Origin: Fibrobacterota bacterium
GTDB taxonomy: Bacteria; Fibrobacterota; Fibrobacteria; UBA11236
DNA: 21,356 bases
NCBI GenBank assembly: GCA_043753995.1
Contig: JAYUVP010000038.1
Coordinates: forward strand, 1-21,356
Reading direction: 5' to 3'
Of the stretch, positions 8,042-16,276 are shown in pieces (position 1 is the first letter of the stretch; each line of letters begins with the position of its first letter). Both the position numbers and the translations under genes were made by a program. Under the pieces are notes generated by a model. It made no database searches, was not told the DNA's origin, and saw nothing but the letters and a program-made list of their open reading frames with translations.

Positions 8042-8902
8042 ATGCGAATTTGCCATTTCCTTTCCCTATTGGCCTTCGCTTTCGCCCTACCGGTGCTTTC
8101 GCAACCGGCCGTCGATTTGCCGCGCGCGAGCCCACCTGCCACGGTTAGCCAGACTTTCGGTTATACAAGTGCGACGTTGAAATATTCTCGTCCGACAGTG
8201 AATGGCCGCATGATATGGGGCAGTCTCGTGCCCTATGGACAAGTATGGCGAGCCGGGGCCAATGAGCCCAACCTCGTCGAGTTCACGCGGGATGTGGCGG
8301 TGAATGGCAGCCCTCTCCAAGCTGGCAGCTATGCGCTCTTCGTTTTGCCAGAGAAAAAGGCGGGCAAAAATTCTTGGACCTTTATTTTCAGTCGCAATAC
8401 CAAGGGCTGGGGTGCCTTTGGCTACGATGCCAAGGACGATGCCTTGCGCATCACCGTCACTCCTGAAAAAGCAGCCATGACGGAGCGGATGACTTTTGTT
8501 TTCGACGCCGTATCCGACGCTGGCGCCACCTTGACCCTACAATGGGAAAAGCTGCGTGGCTCATTGGCGCTCACCTCAGAATTCTTGGAAACCGGCAAGG
8601 CCAATATCGCGGCAGGCTTGCCCAAGGCCAAGGCGGAGGATCCTTATGCCTGGCTACAAAGCGCGCGTTTTTATTGGGCCTATAATCTGGATCGTAAACA
8701 AGCTCTTGAATGGGTCGACAAGTCCATTACCATTAAGCCCCTGCATGCGAATCTTTGGAGCAAGGCACAGTGGTTGGCCGAGGCTAAGCAATTCCCTGAA
8801 GCCTTAGCAGCCGGTCGCCTGGCTCGGACCGAAGCAGAAAAAGATCCAGGAATCGCCTCGCAAATCCCCGAAATGGATAAGATGATGAAGGCCTGGAAAT
8901 AG
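8042..8902 (+). CDS. Secreted DUF2911 domain protein with C-terminal TPR-like helices
   Basis: RBS AAGGAG upstream and a signal peptide. Motifs PRASP, YSRP, IWGSLVPYGQVWRAGANE, AGSYALF, WG...YD...DALR and LQWE. Confidence 0.9.
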   Translation: MRICHFLSLLAFAFALPVLSQPAVDLPRASPPATVSQTFGYTSATLKYSRPTVNGRMIWGSLVPYGQVWRAGANEPNLVEFTRDVAVNGSPLQAGSYALFVLPEKKAGKNSWTFIFSRNTKGWGAFGYDAKDDALRITVTPEKAAMTERMTFVFDAVSDAGATLTLQWEKLRGSLALTSEFLETGKANIAAGLPKAKAEDPYAWLQSARFYWAYNLDRKQALEWVDKSITIKPLHANLWSKAQWLAEAKQFPEALAAGRLARTEAEKDPGIASQIPEMDKMMKAWK

Positions 8903-8946
8903 ATCACTGCGCGATTTAAATCACCGGAAGACCAAACGAGATTTTA

Positions 8947-9813
8947 TCAGGGACGGCGGCTCATCAAAAACACTCCGGGCCGCGTCCACCTCGCGGTAGC
9001 CTCACTCCCACCCACATGAACCTTTCCCAGGGCATTGAAACTCACCAAGTTTCGACCCAGAGGATTGGACAGAAAAGAGAGTGCCTCAAGTCCATTTCGA
9101 ATTTCAGTGCAATTCGCACGCGCCGATTTTGGCAAAGCGACTTTTCGGTATCCCAATAAAGTATCGGGACCTTGAGTTAAGGAAATCAATTCTCCGTTAA
9201 AGGAATGCAAAAACAATTCATGCGCCGCGCGACCGCAACTCCCAAAATTTTGGCGCTCTTCATAACTCCAATACAAACCGATACTGTCCAAATACCAATT
9301 TTGCGATTGATGGGCATAGGACAGAGTATCGGTCAAGGCATATCCACGACGAGGTGCCACCGAGGTCAATAATTTCGCCCTTCCCAGAAAACTGACTTCA
9401 AAATGGTGACGAAATATCATCGGCTGAAAATGCGGGGCAATATCACCCGTCACCTTTCGCAAAATCACAGAATCTTTGTTGCGAGATTGCGCATAGACCC
9501 ACACCTGATTAAATACCGTATCTTTTAGAATGGGTGATCCACTAGAAAAAGGCCATCGGTCAAAGAGTGAATCTCGAACCACAACTTCGAAGAAGGTCGT
9601 ATCCAGGGTTTGACGAATTTTATCGATCTTCAAATACAGTCGTTCCTCAAATCCCTCATTAATGGGATAAGACAAGGCCTGCGCCCAAAAACCGGAAAAT
9701 CGGCCGTGATAAACCCAGGTATTCCCCTGCACCAAGGGTGAAAAATCGGACCAAGCCAATGGAGCCATGACCAACAAACACAAGAATAGTGGGTGGCGAA
9801 AAAGTGATTTCAT
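8947..9813 (-). CDS. Secreted hypothetical protein with a CTD-like C-terminal tail
   Basis: ATG at 9813 gives signal peptide MKSLFRHPLFLCLLVMAPLAWS, preferred over the track start at 9867. Mature N-terminus FSPLVQGNTWVY. Tail SFNALGK...PGVFLMSRRP. Confidence 0.75.
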   Translation of the reverse strand: MKSLFRHPLFLCLLVMAPLAWSDFSPLVQGNTWVYHGRFSGFWAQALSYPINEGFEERLYLKIDKIRQTLDTTFFEVVVRDSLFDRWPFSSGSPILKDTVFNQVWVYAQSRNKDSVILRKVTGDIAPHFQPMIFRHHFEVSFLGRAKLLTSVAPRRGYALTDTLSYAHQSQNWYLDSIGLYWSYEERQNFGSCGRAAHELFLHSFNGELISLTQGPDTLLGYRKVALPKSARANCTEIRNGLEALSFLSNPLGRNLVSFNALGKVHVGGSEATARWTRPGVFLMSRRP

Positions 9814-9949
9814 GGATCTCTCAATTCTTTTCCTCAGGACACCATCAATAGTTGTACCACAAAACAAATTGGCGCTATTTCTCTAAAAAAACAGGTCCTT
9901 ATCAACGAGGATGTGAAATGGTCCCATTCCTGGGACTCGCGCATGTCAA

Positions 9950-11099
9950 TTAAGGACGCCGGCCCATTAAAATTTCCCTGAACCATCTCCACCCATTGAC
10001 ATCTTCACCTCGCCTATCCGGAACGAAAAAAAGTCCCCGCGCCGATTGGAGCCTTCGATTTGCAGGTTGTAAATGGAGCCCAGTACCCTCAGGCAAATAC
10101 ACTGCACGTACCGTCACTGGCACCTTACCCATGATGAGACGCGTATTCGCCTCTCGGGCATTCTCGATTTTCGCCTCTCCCGATACCCATTCCCAATGAT
10201 CAAATCGCATACCCACGGGTGGCATTTTCGCCACCAAGGAGGCAGGTTCACCTTCACAATAATCTCCTGAACTTGAACCGTCTTCCACAGTCAAGGAATA
10301 GCCAGGACCTTTCGACCAGGTATGCATACGAATCCAATCCACACGGAAGTCGACGGGAAAGGAAGTTTTTGATGGGTCGCCACCATTGGTTCCACCCAAA
10401 GCCTGATTCACTAGGAAGTATCCCGGACGGCGAAAGGGATTGGAACCATCGGGTCCAGTCCCATCGGCATTGGCTACGACATATTGATTAATGCGTTCGC
10501 CGTCGAGCGAAAGGTCTATGCTCAGGGAATCCCAGACCAGGGTCCAAACATGAAAGGCCTCACTCCAGCGCGCGCCTCCAAGAGACGAAATGGATTGGGT
10601 CTTTGTCGTCCATTTCTGATTACCATCCATCACATTGAACAAACATTTACCCTGATAGAATTCCATCATATCGATTTCGCCGCCCTTAGGCCAGCCGCCG
10701 CTATTGGGTAGCCACCACCATGCTGGCCAGCTTCCCGCCCTAGTGTCTATGCGCGCGCATTTCGAATTTGCCGTATTGAAATGATTTTTTGCCGCTGGTT
10801 TTGAGGCTAGCTGAGGTATAGCCATAGCCCTGCCAATTTTCCTTCACGGCGCTTATCCGCAATTGTCCTGAATCGATACGCACATTCTCAGGTCGACTGG
10901 TGTAATACTGAACCTCATTATTGCGCCGATAACCATTCTCATATCCCCAAACCGAGGTGTCAATTTTGGGGCCGGTGAATTCTTCGCTCCAAGTGAGCTT
11001 CCAACCTTCTGCATAGGCCAATCCAGGAAGCGCGAAAAGCGCAGGCACAATCAAAATTGCAAAGCTTGGAATCGGCAAATGGGAAGAGCTCGGATTCAA
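9950..11099 (-). pseudogene. GH16 beta-glucanase/laminarinase-like gene with an InlB-B-repeat-like domain, frameshifted at 10749-10760
   Basis: ORF 10740..11099 encodes the signal peptide plus WKLTWSEEF, RNNEVQYY, YTSASL and FQYGKFEMRA. ORF 9950..10825 continues in another frame with RIDTRAGSWPAWW, the catalytic GEIDMME, FHVWTLVW and VDWIR. Adding one GC to AT(GC)4AT restores a continuous 383-aa frame (EMRARIDTR). Confidence 0.88.
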
Positions 11100-11102
11100 G
11101 GC

Positions 11103-12470
11103 TCAATTCCTTCCCAGGGCATCTCTCCGGCCCCACTGCCATCGGAAGCGCCAGGGAGAGGCTAACCGAGGTGGCGGGGAAAAAGCCCGGGGCGAGGGAC
11201 CGAGGGCATTGGGGAAAGTCTTTTGATTCAGGAAGACAAAGGCGCCCTCGCGACGGGAAGTGAGGATGTCGGGAGACCCATCTCCATTCACATCCCCTAT
11301 GGCGATCTGGGTACCGACCCCGGCGGAAGCGTCGATGCGGTAAGCGACGTAACGGGGAAGTTGCCCTACCGGACGCGTGAGGCGAAACCAGTAAAGCACT
11401 GCGGCAGAATCAATATCGGTGCCAAGGCCATTGCCATGCGCGCCCTTCCTTTTACCGGTGATTATGTCTTTCAGGCCATCGCCGTCGATGTCGGCGAGCG
11501 CGAGGGCATGCAATTGGGAAAAGGCCAAACCATAGGTGGCTTTTTCGGCAGCCGTATTCATGATCAAATGAGGCGTGAACGATTCACCGCGTCCCATATT
11601 CTCGTGCCAGGCCAATCCCCAGCCATGGGCCTGGTGGCTCGTGACAACGTCGTTATCGCCATCTCCGTCCACATCATAGGCGAACATTTGAGCCCCGCCG
11701 AAATCTTCGGAAGGATTGGCTCGACCGCCAAAGGTGAATGGGTGATGGGTCCAAGGGGTGTCCGCAGGAGCGGCAGGTTGTCCCCACCATCCTGCGCCAA
11801 ATATCAAATCGGCACGGCCATCGCCATTGAGGTCGCCAGCGCCAATACCATGAGTGAATTGACTCCAAGACTGCTTGGTGGTGACCGAGCGGAAAGGCCA
11901 AGCGCCAATAGGTCGCGCCCAATCGGGTTGAACCCAACCGCCAAAGCCCTTGGAATTGGTAATGATTTCAGGCCGACCATCTAGGTCTATGTCGAGCAGG
12001 GCAGCGCTTTCATTTTCGACCACGGAATGCGCCACATGTTCGGCCCATAGACCTGAGCCTCCCTTGGGATTTTCATACCAAACGGCTTCGGCACCCCCGT
12101 CTTTCCGGAATGAAAGAATGTCGGGCCAACCATCTTGATTGAAGTCATAGAGGAAGATGCCATAACAATCGGAGTCGCCGGAAATGGGAAACGGAGTGGA
12201 ACGGGGCGTGCGGAAAGGTCGCTTTTCAGTAAATGCCGGACCCGGATACCAATAGGGGCCGGCGACAATGTCGGCTTTTCCATCGCGATCGAGATCCCCG
12301 AAGTTTATGCCTTCGGAATAAAATTGGGCATTGAGGAGAACTTTCTGAAAAGCCACCGGCCCCTCGACCTGAGCCTGCGCGGCCACAGGGAAGGCAATTG
12401 CGCAAGCAAACAAAGCAGCCAATACGAAATGCGAGGCCGCTGCTAAAACAGATTTCCCGATACTTTCCAT
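11103..12470 (-). CDS. Secreted FG-GAP/VCBS-like repeat beta-propeller protein
   Basis: Signal peptide. Seven DxDxDG-type loops (GDLDRDGKAD, DFNQDGWPD, DIDLDGRPE, GDLNGDGRAD, DVDGDGDND, ADIDGDGLKD, GDVNGDGSPD). Basic tail ends RRDALGRN. Its stop is 3 bp from the GH16 TTG start. Confidence 0.9.
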   Translation of the reverse strand: MESIGKSVLAAASHFVLAALFACAIAFPVAAQAQVEGPVAFQKVLLNAQFYSEGINFGDLDRDGKADIVAGPYWYPGPAFTEKRPFRTPRSTPFPISGDSDCYGIFLYDFNQDGWPDILSFRKDGGAEAVWYENPKGGSGLWAEHVAHSVVENESAALLDIDLDGRPEIITNSKGFGGWVQPDWARPIGAWPFRSVTTKQSWSQFTHGIGAGDLNGDGRADLIFGAGWWGQPAAPADTPWTHHPFTFGGRANPSEDFGGAQMFAYDVDGDGDNDVVTSHQAHGWGLAWHENMGRGESFTPHLIMNTAAEKATYGLAFSQLHALALADIDGDGLKDIITGKRKGAHGNGLGTDIDSAAVLYWFRLTRPVGQLPRYVAYRIDASAGVGTQIAIGDVNGDGSPDILTSRREGAFVFLNQKTFPNALGPSPRAFSPPPRLASPWRFRWQWGRRDALGRN

Positions 12471-12577
12471 AAGTCATTTGAAGTTATCACGAGAATCTCG
12501 CGAATACACGGGGAAAAGCCTGATTGTCGAGCCCGTTTCATGGCTGAACAACAGCCGTCCCTACCAAAGGGTGATAA

Positions 12578-13015
12578 TCCGCCGGGACCCCTGGTTACAT
12601 TCGCCATTCACGGCCACGTCCCAATCGGCATAGGCTCACTTTTTTCCATCTCCTCATCCTCGCAAGTTCGGCAGCCACAGCACCGATCCTGCTTGGGCTT
12701 GGACTGATCAGCGGTATCGTCGGGGCCATTTCCATTGCCAACTCGCAACATACCGAGACTAAAACCCGGACGGTGGAACCCTTACCCTGCCTGATATTTA
12801 TCGGGAACTGCGATGGCACACAAGAGCCATATGAAGAAACCTATGAGGTTACGGAAACAAATGAGAATTTGGTTATGCTCGGATTGCTAGGTATCGGGGG
12901 AGGCATCACCCTCTTCACGAGCGGAGTGATCACCGCAGCCGTCACGGCCGCGCATTCGCATGCCCAAGTAGGCCAAGGAAATTCCTATTCCTTCAGTTAC
13001 CGCTATAACTTCTAG
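12578..13015 (+). CDS. Small membrane-hairpin hypothetical protein, start unresolved (possibly a 5'-degraded gene)
   Basis: The frame of track ORF 12773..13015 is open back to 12578 and includes a further hydrophobic helix (APILLGLGLISGIVGAISIANS) upstream of the first canonical start (GTG 12773). Second helix LVMLGLLGIGGGITLFTSGVITAAV. Ends YSFSYRYNF. Confidence 0.55.
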   Translation, partial: SAGTPGYIRHSRPRPNRHRLTFFHLLILASSAATAPILLGLGLISGIVGAISIANSQHTETKTRTVEPLPCLIFIGNCDGTQEPYEETYEVTETNENLVMLGLLGIGGGITLFTSGVITAAVTAAHSHAQVGQGNSYSFSYRYNF

Positions 13016-13023
13016 GTTATTAA

Positions 13024-13386
13024 AGCGAGGGACTTTCGCTACCCGCCCTTGGCCGCACACCGAAAGGTTCGCCCCGAAGTAACGGGGGCGTTACGGGGGT
13101 TTTGCCCCCGTTTGAGGGGGCAGGCCGAGACCCCACAGTCGCTGCACTGCTCCAGGGAAATGCTTCCGGCGCGAAACGATAATCGGCGGGGAGGATCCCC
13201 TGCGCACGCCGAATCCCCGGGGAATGGCGAGGGGTGGCGGTGAGCGCCTGAAAAAAGGCTCGCTCCGCAGGCCAAAGCCTCAAGGCTAGGCCACGGCCGA
13301 GGACCCGCGAGCCCTTTTTTCATGGCCGAACATCAGCCACCCCATCCCAGCGACGAGGAGGCTCGACCGAGGGGGAGACATCCCCC
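13024..13386. repeat. ~360-bp GC-rich, densely self-complementary intergenic element (MITE/REPIN-like or ncRNA); may include a bidirectional terminator
   Basis: Hairpins at 13024-13040, 13059-13068 (ACC-GAAA-GGT), 13070-13090, 13096-13134, 13183-13212 and 13371-13386. A nested long stem spans 13231-13343 (GGGGTGGC/GCCACCCC outside TGAAAAAAGGCTCGC/GCGAGCCCTTTTTTCA). Confidence 0.6.
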
Positions 13387-13398
13387 GTATCTCACGCG

Positions 13399-14592
13399 TT
13401 ACTCATGCCAAATATTTTCGACCCAAGGCAAGCCATGGGTGTTCAGCGCTTCCATGAAGGGATCGGGATCGAGTTGTTCCATATTCCAAACGCCGGGCTG
13501 CTTCCATTTGCCGGTGACCATCATCATGGCGCCAATCATGGCCGGCACGCCCGTGGTATAAGAGACGGCTTGCGCATCGGTTTCTTCGTAGCACACTTCG
13601 TGATCGCAGACATTGTAGACATAGGTCTTGAGGGCCTTGCCGTCCTTAATGCCTTCGATGAGGCAGCCGATATTGGTTTTGCCCTTGGTGAGCGCTCCGA
13701 GCTTGGCGGGGTCGGGCAAAACGGCCTTGAGGAATTGCAGAGGCACGATGTCCACGCCCTGATACTTGATCGGCTTGATCGAGGTCATGCCAATGCCTTC
13801 GAGCACGCGCAAGTGATTGAGATAACGCTCGCCGAAAGTCATCCAAAAGCGAATGCGTTTGAGGCCTTTCAGGTTCTTGGAAAGGGATTCCAGCTCTTCG
13901 TGATACATGAGATACATCTCACGCGGGCCGACTTCGGCGAAGTCCCAGGTTTTGTGCACCGATAGAGGATCAGTTTCTTTCCACTCGCCGTTTTCCCAAT
14001 AGCGTCCTTTGGCGGTGACCTCGCGGATATTGATTTCAGGATTGAAATTAGTGGCGAAGGGCAGGCCATTGTCGCCGCCATTGCAATCCATGATTTCGAC
14101 ATTGTGAATTTCGTCGAAGCGATGCTTCATGGCATGAGCGCAATAGACATTGGTGACGCCGGGGTCGAAACCCGAGCCGAGCAAAGCCATGAGGCCGCGC
14201 GCCTTGAAGCGGTCTTGATAAGCCCATTGCCATTTATATTCGAACTTGGCTTCGTCGGGCGGTTCGTAATTGGCGGTATCCATGTAGTCCACGCCCATTT
14301 CGAGGCAGGCGTCCATGATGCTGAGGTCTTGATAGGGCAATGCCACATTGACGACAAGTTTGGGTTTGTGCGCTTTAATGAGCTCGGCCACATTTTGGGG
14401 CTTGTCGGCGTCGACCTGGGCGATTTCAAGCGGATAATTGCGGCGCTTTTTGATTTGTTGCTGTATGGTCTCGCAGCGCGACACGGTGCGGCTGGCGAGC
14501 ACGGCGGATGAAAAAACGTCGGGCCGCTGGCTGACTTTATGAGCCACGACCTGGCCAACGCCGCCTGCTCCGATGATGAGAACCTTGCTCAT
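13399..14592 (-). CDS. Carboxynorspermidine/carboxyspermidine dehydrogenase (saccharopine dehydrogenase family)
   Basis: ATG at 14592 with an AGGAG RBS gives MSKVLIIGAGGVG (397 aa). Motifs NVALPYQDL.IMDAC, YMDTANYE, FEYKWQW, GFDPGVT, FATNFNPEINIRE, YHEELESL and QAVSYTTGVPAMIGA. nspC is in the same window on the same strand. Confidence 0.92.
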   Translation of the reverse strand: MSKVLIIGAGGVGQVVAHKVSQRPDVFSSAVLASRTVSRCETIQQQIKKRRNYPLEIAQVDADKPQNVAELIKAHKPKLVVNVALPYQDLSIMDACLEMGVDYMDTANYEPPDEAKFEYKWQWAYQDRFKARGLMALLGSGFDPGVTNVYCAHAMKHRFDEIHNVEIMDCNGGDNGLPFATNFNPEINIREVTAKGRYWENGEWKETDPLSVHKTWDFAEVGPREMYLMYHEELESLSKNLKGLKRIRFWMTFGERYLNHLRVLEGIGMTSIKPIKYQGVDIVPLQFLKAVLPDPAKLGALTKGKTNIGCLIEGIKDGKALKTYVYNVCDHEVCYEETDAQAVSYTTGVPAMIGAMMMVTGKWKQPGVWNMEQLDPDPFMEALNTHGLPWVENIWHE

Positions 14593-14686
14593 GCCAAAAC
14601 TCCTGAAGAAATCGGGGAAAATCGGCTTGGAAATCCGCGCCGGAAGTGGGCGCAAACTTAGCTTTTTCAATGTCTGGGAGGTCCAT

Positions 14687-15067
14687 ATGGAAATACGCAA
14701 TCACCTTGAAACCCCACTTTCTGCCGCTTGCGAGGCCTTAGCAGCCCGCTCCTGCGTGCCCTGCAAGGCCGGCATGACGCCACTCAAGGGGGCCAAACTC
14801 TTGCCCCTGGTATCGCAATTAGGCCATGGCTGGCATGTGGTGCACGAGCACAACCTGCACAAGCGCTATGCCTTTCCCGATTTTGTTTCCGCTTTGGCCT
14901 TTGTGAATGCCATCGGCGAAATTGCCGAAAGCGAAGGACATCATCCCGATTTGCATTTGGGCTGGGGCAAGGTCGAGGTAACGATTTGGACGCATAAAAT
15001 CGATGGCCTTACCGAAAGCGATTTCGTTTTGGCTGCCAAGGTCGAAAAGCGGATTCACTCGGCATGA
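14687..15067 (+). CDS. phhB: Pterin-4-alpha-carbinolamine dehydratase
   Basis: GGAGG RBS before ATG 14687. Motifs CVPC, FPDF..ALAFVN, AESEGHHPDL, WGKV, WTHKIDGLTESDFVLAAK. Confidence 0.92.
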   Translation: MEIRNHLETPLSAACEALAARSCVPCKAGMTPLKGAKLLPLVSQLGHGWHVVHEHNLHKRYAFPDFVSALAFVNAIGEIAESEGHHPDLHLGWGKVEVTIWTHKIDGLTESDFVLAAKVEKRIHSA

Positions 15068-15094
15068 AGGAGGGTCGGGCGAAATCCTGTCACC

Positions 15095-16276
15095 CTACTT
15101 TCGCTTGCCCGTCATGTCGAAGAGGATTTGAGGGTCGGAGTTCTTGAAAGTTATGCCCGCAGCGGTAAGTCCCTTGAAGCGGTTATAGGAAATATTCGAT
15201 GGATTTCTACCCGCTATTCCTATAGGGCTGAGTATGAAGCCCGTCACCGGAGCATTCCCCAATCCCGCATACTGCTTTACCGTGGCCTCTACGGTGGTGA
15301 CGGGATCGGGCGAATAGGCATAGGGCAAGGTCGTCGCACTCCAAAATTCGCAGTCGGTTTGCGATAGGACCTTGGCTCCTGTTGTTCCGGACAAAACGTT
15401 TCCGCTTTCGCAGATATACCCATTGGGTAGCCCATCCACGGGGAATTTATCGGTGGACATGGGTAGCTTCACATTGTGATAAACGTTGTTCTCTAATTTG
15501 GCATGCGCACCATCGCGCGCCGCGATGCCATAATCATTGATATCCTCGAAATAATTATTGAACATGTGAGCGGCGCCGAAGCGCAGGCTGGGATTGCGCC
15601 CGTCGGTATTGCTGAACCAATTGTGATGGTAGGTGACGCGTATTTTGGAATCTTCGTCCTGTTGCCCGATATTGTCGGTGTGCCCGATCAGAGAACACTT
15701 CATGTGATGGTGCAGGTAATTCCAGGAAATGGTGATATGAGAAGAGCCCTTTTTAATATCGAGCAGCCCATCATAGGTGTCAACGGTGACCCCTTCGCCG
15801 ATTTTGCTGTATAACTCGCATCGGTCCACCCAGCCATGCTGAACATTGTCCAAGGTCAAGGCGTCATTCGGATAAAGCACTTCATGAATGGTCAGGTTTC
15901 GCACGATGACATTCGAATAATCACGAATATTCAACCCGATATTCTGCAATTCCCCCGTTTTACCGATACCTTCAATCGTGATATTCGCACCGTTTTTGAT
16001 GGTAATTAAGGCGGAAGTGGATGCGGAGATTTTGCCGCTGATTTGCAGGATTTCCGGAGTGCGGTTCTTTTCCCGGTCGGCGGCCCAGGCCTCCAATTCA
16101 GCCAAGGTTTTCACGACGACGACCTTGCCGCCTGTCCCACCCGTGGTGGTGGTGATGTCGCCTCCGCTGACTGCACCATATCCGATCAATTTGAAATCGG
16201 GAGCGGCCAACGAATAGGCCTTACAAAGGCACAGAGCAAGAATAAAGACACGAAGGAATCGAGAGCTCAATTGCAT
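15095..16276 (-). CDS. Secreted pectate lyase (PL1 family, parallel beta-helix)
   Basis: Signal peptide from ATG 16276. Motifs TTGGTGG, NVIVRNLTI, DAL, WVDRCE (vWIDH-like), DGLLDIK, ITISWN, VTYHHNWF, RNPSLRFG and HMFNNY. Tail ends LFDMTGKRK. Confidence 0.92.
   Translation of the reverse strand: MQLSSRFLRVFILALCLCKAYSLAAPDFKLIGYGAVSGGDITTTTGGTGGKVVVVKTLAELEAWAADREKNRTPEILQISGKISASTSALITIKNGANITIEGIGKTGELQNIGLNIRDYSNVIVRNLTIHEVLYPNDALTLDNVQHGWVDRCELYSKIGEGVTVDTYDGLLDIKKGSSHITISWNYLHHHMKCSLIGHTDNIGQQDEDSKIRVTYHHNWFSNTDGRNPSLRFGAAHMFNNYFEDINDYGIAARDGAHAKLENNVYHNVKLPMSTDKFPVDGLPNGYICESGNVLSGTTGAKVLSQTDCEFWSATTLPYAYSPDPVTTVEATVKQYAGLGNAPVTGFILSPIGIAGRNPSNISYNRFKGLTAAGITFKNSDPQILFDMTGKRK

Noticed and set aside
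10740..10825. Programmed ribosomal frameshift in the GH16 gene
   Set aside because: No X XXY YYZ slippery heptamer at the junction. Restoring the family consensus needs two added bases, which fits a dinucleotide deletion.
13021..13190. RNase P-like GAAAGTCC (minus strand, 13030-13037) and hammerhead-like CGAAAC (~13172-13177)
   Set aside because: The partner motifs (the RNase P 3' CGGCUUA segment downstream on the same strand, and the hammerhead CUGANGA) are absent.
13020..13561. Short ORFs 13020..13283, 13039..13323, 13049..13243 and 13322..13561
   Set aside because: Pro/Arg/Gly-rich translations in conflicting frames over a GC-rich palindromic tract, better explained as non-coding structure.
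13399..14592. Annotation as a lysine-pathway saccharopine dehydrogenase
   Set aside because: The motif set and nearby nspC fit carboxy(nor)spermidine dehydrogenase better.
14573..14700. Overlapping N-terminal extensions of the dehydrogenase (14700) and dehydratase (14573) in the ORF track
   Set aside because: The downstream ATGs at 14592 and 14687 have good SD sequences, match the family N-termini and remove the overlap.
15071..15100. Imperfect hairpin between the convergent phhB and pectate lyase genes
   Set aside because: Bulged stem with only a weak T tract; too uncertain to call a terminator.
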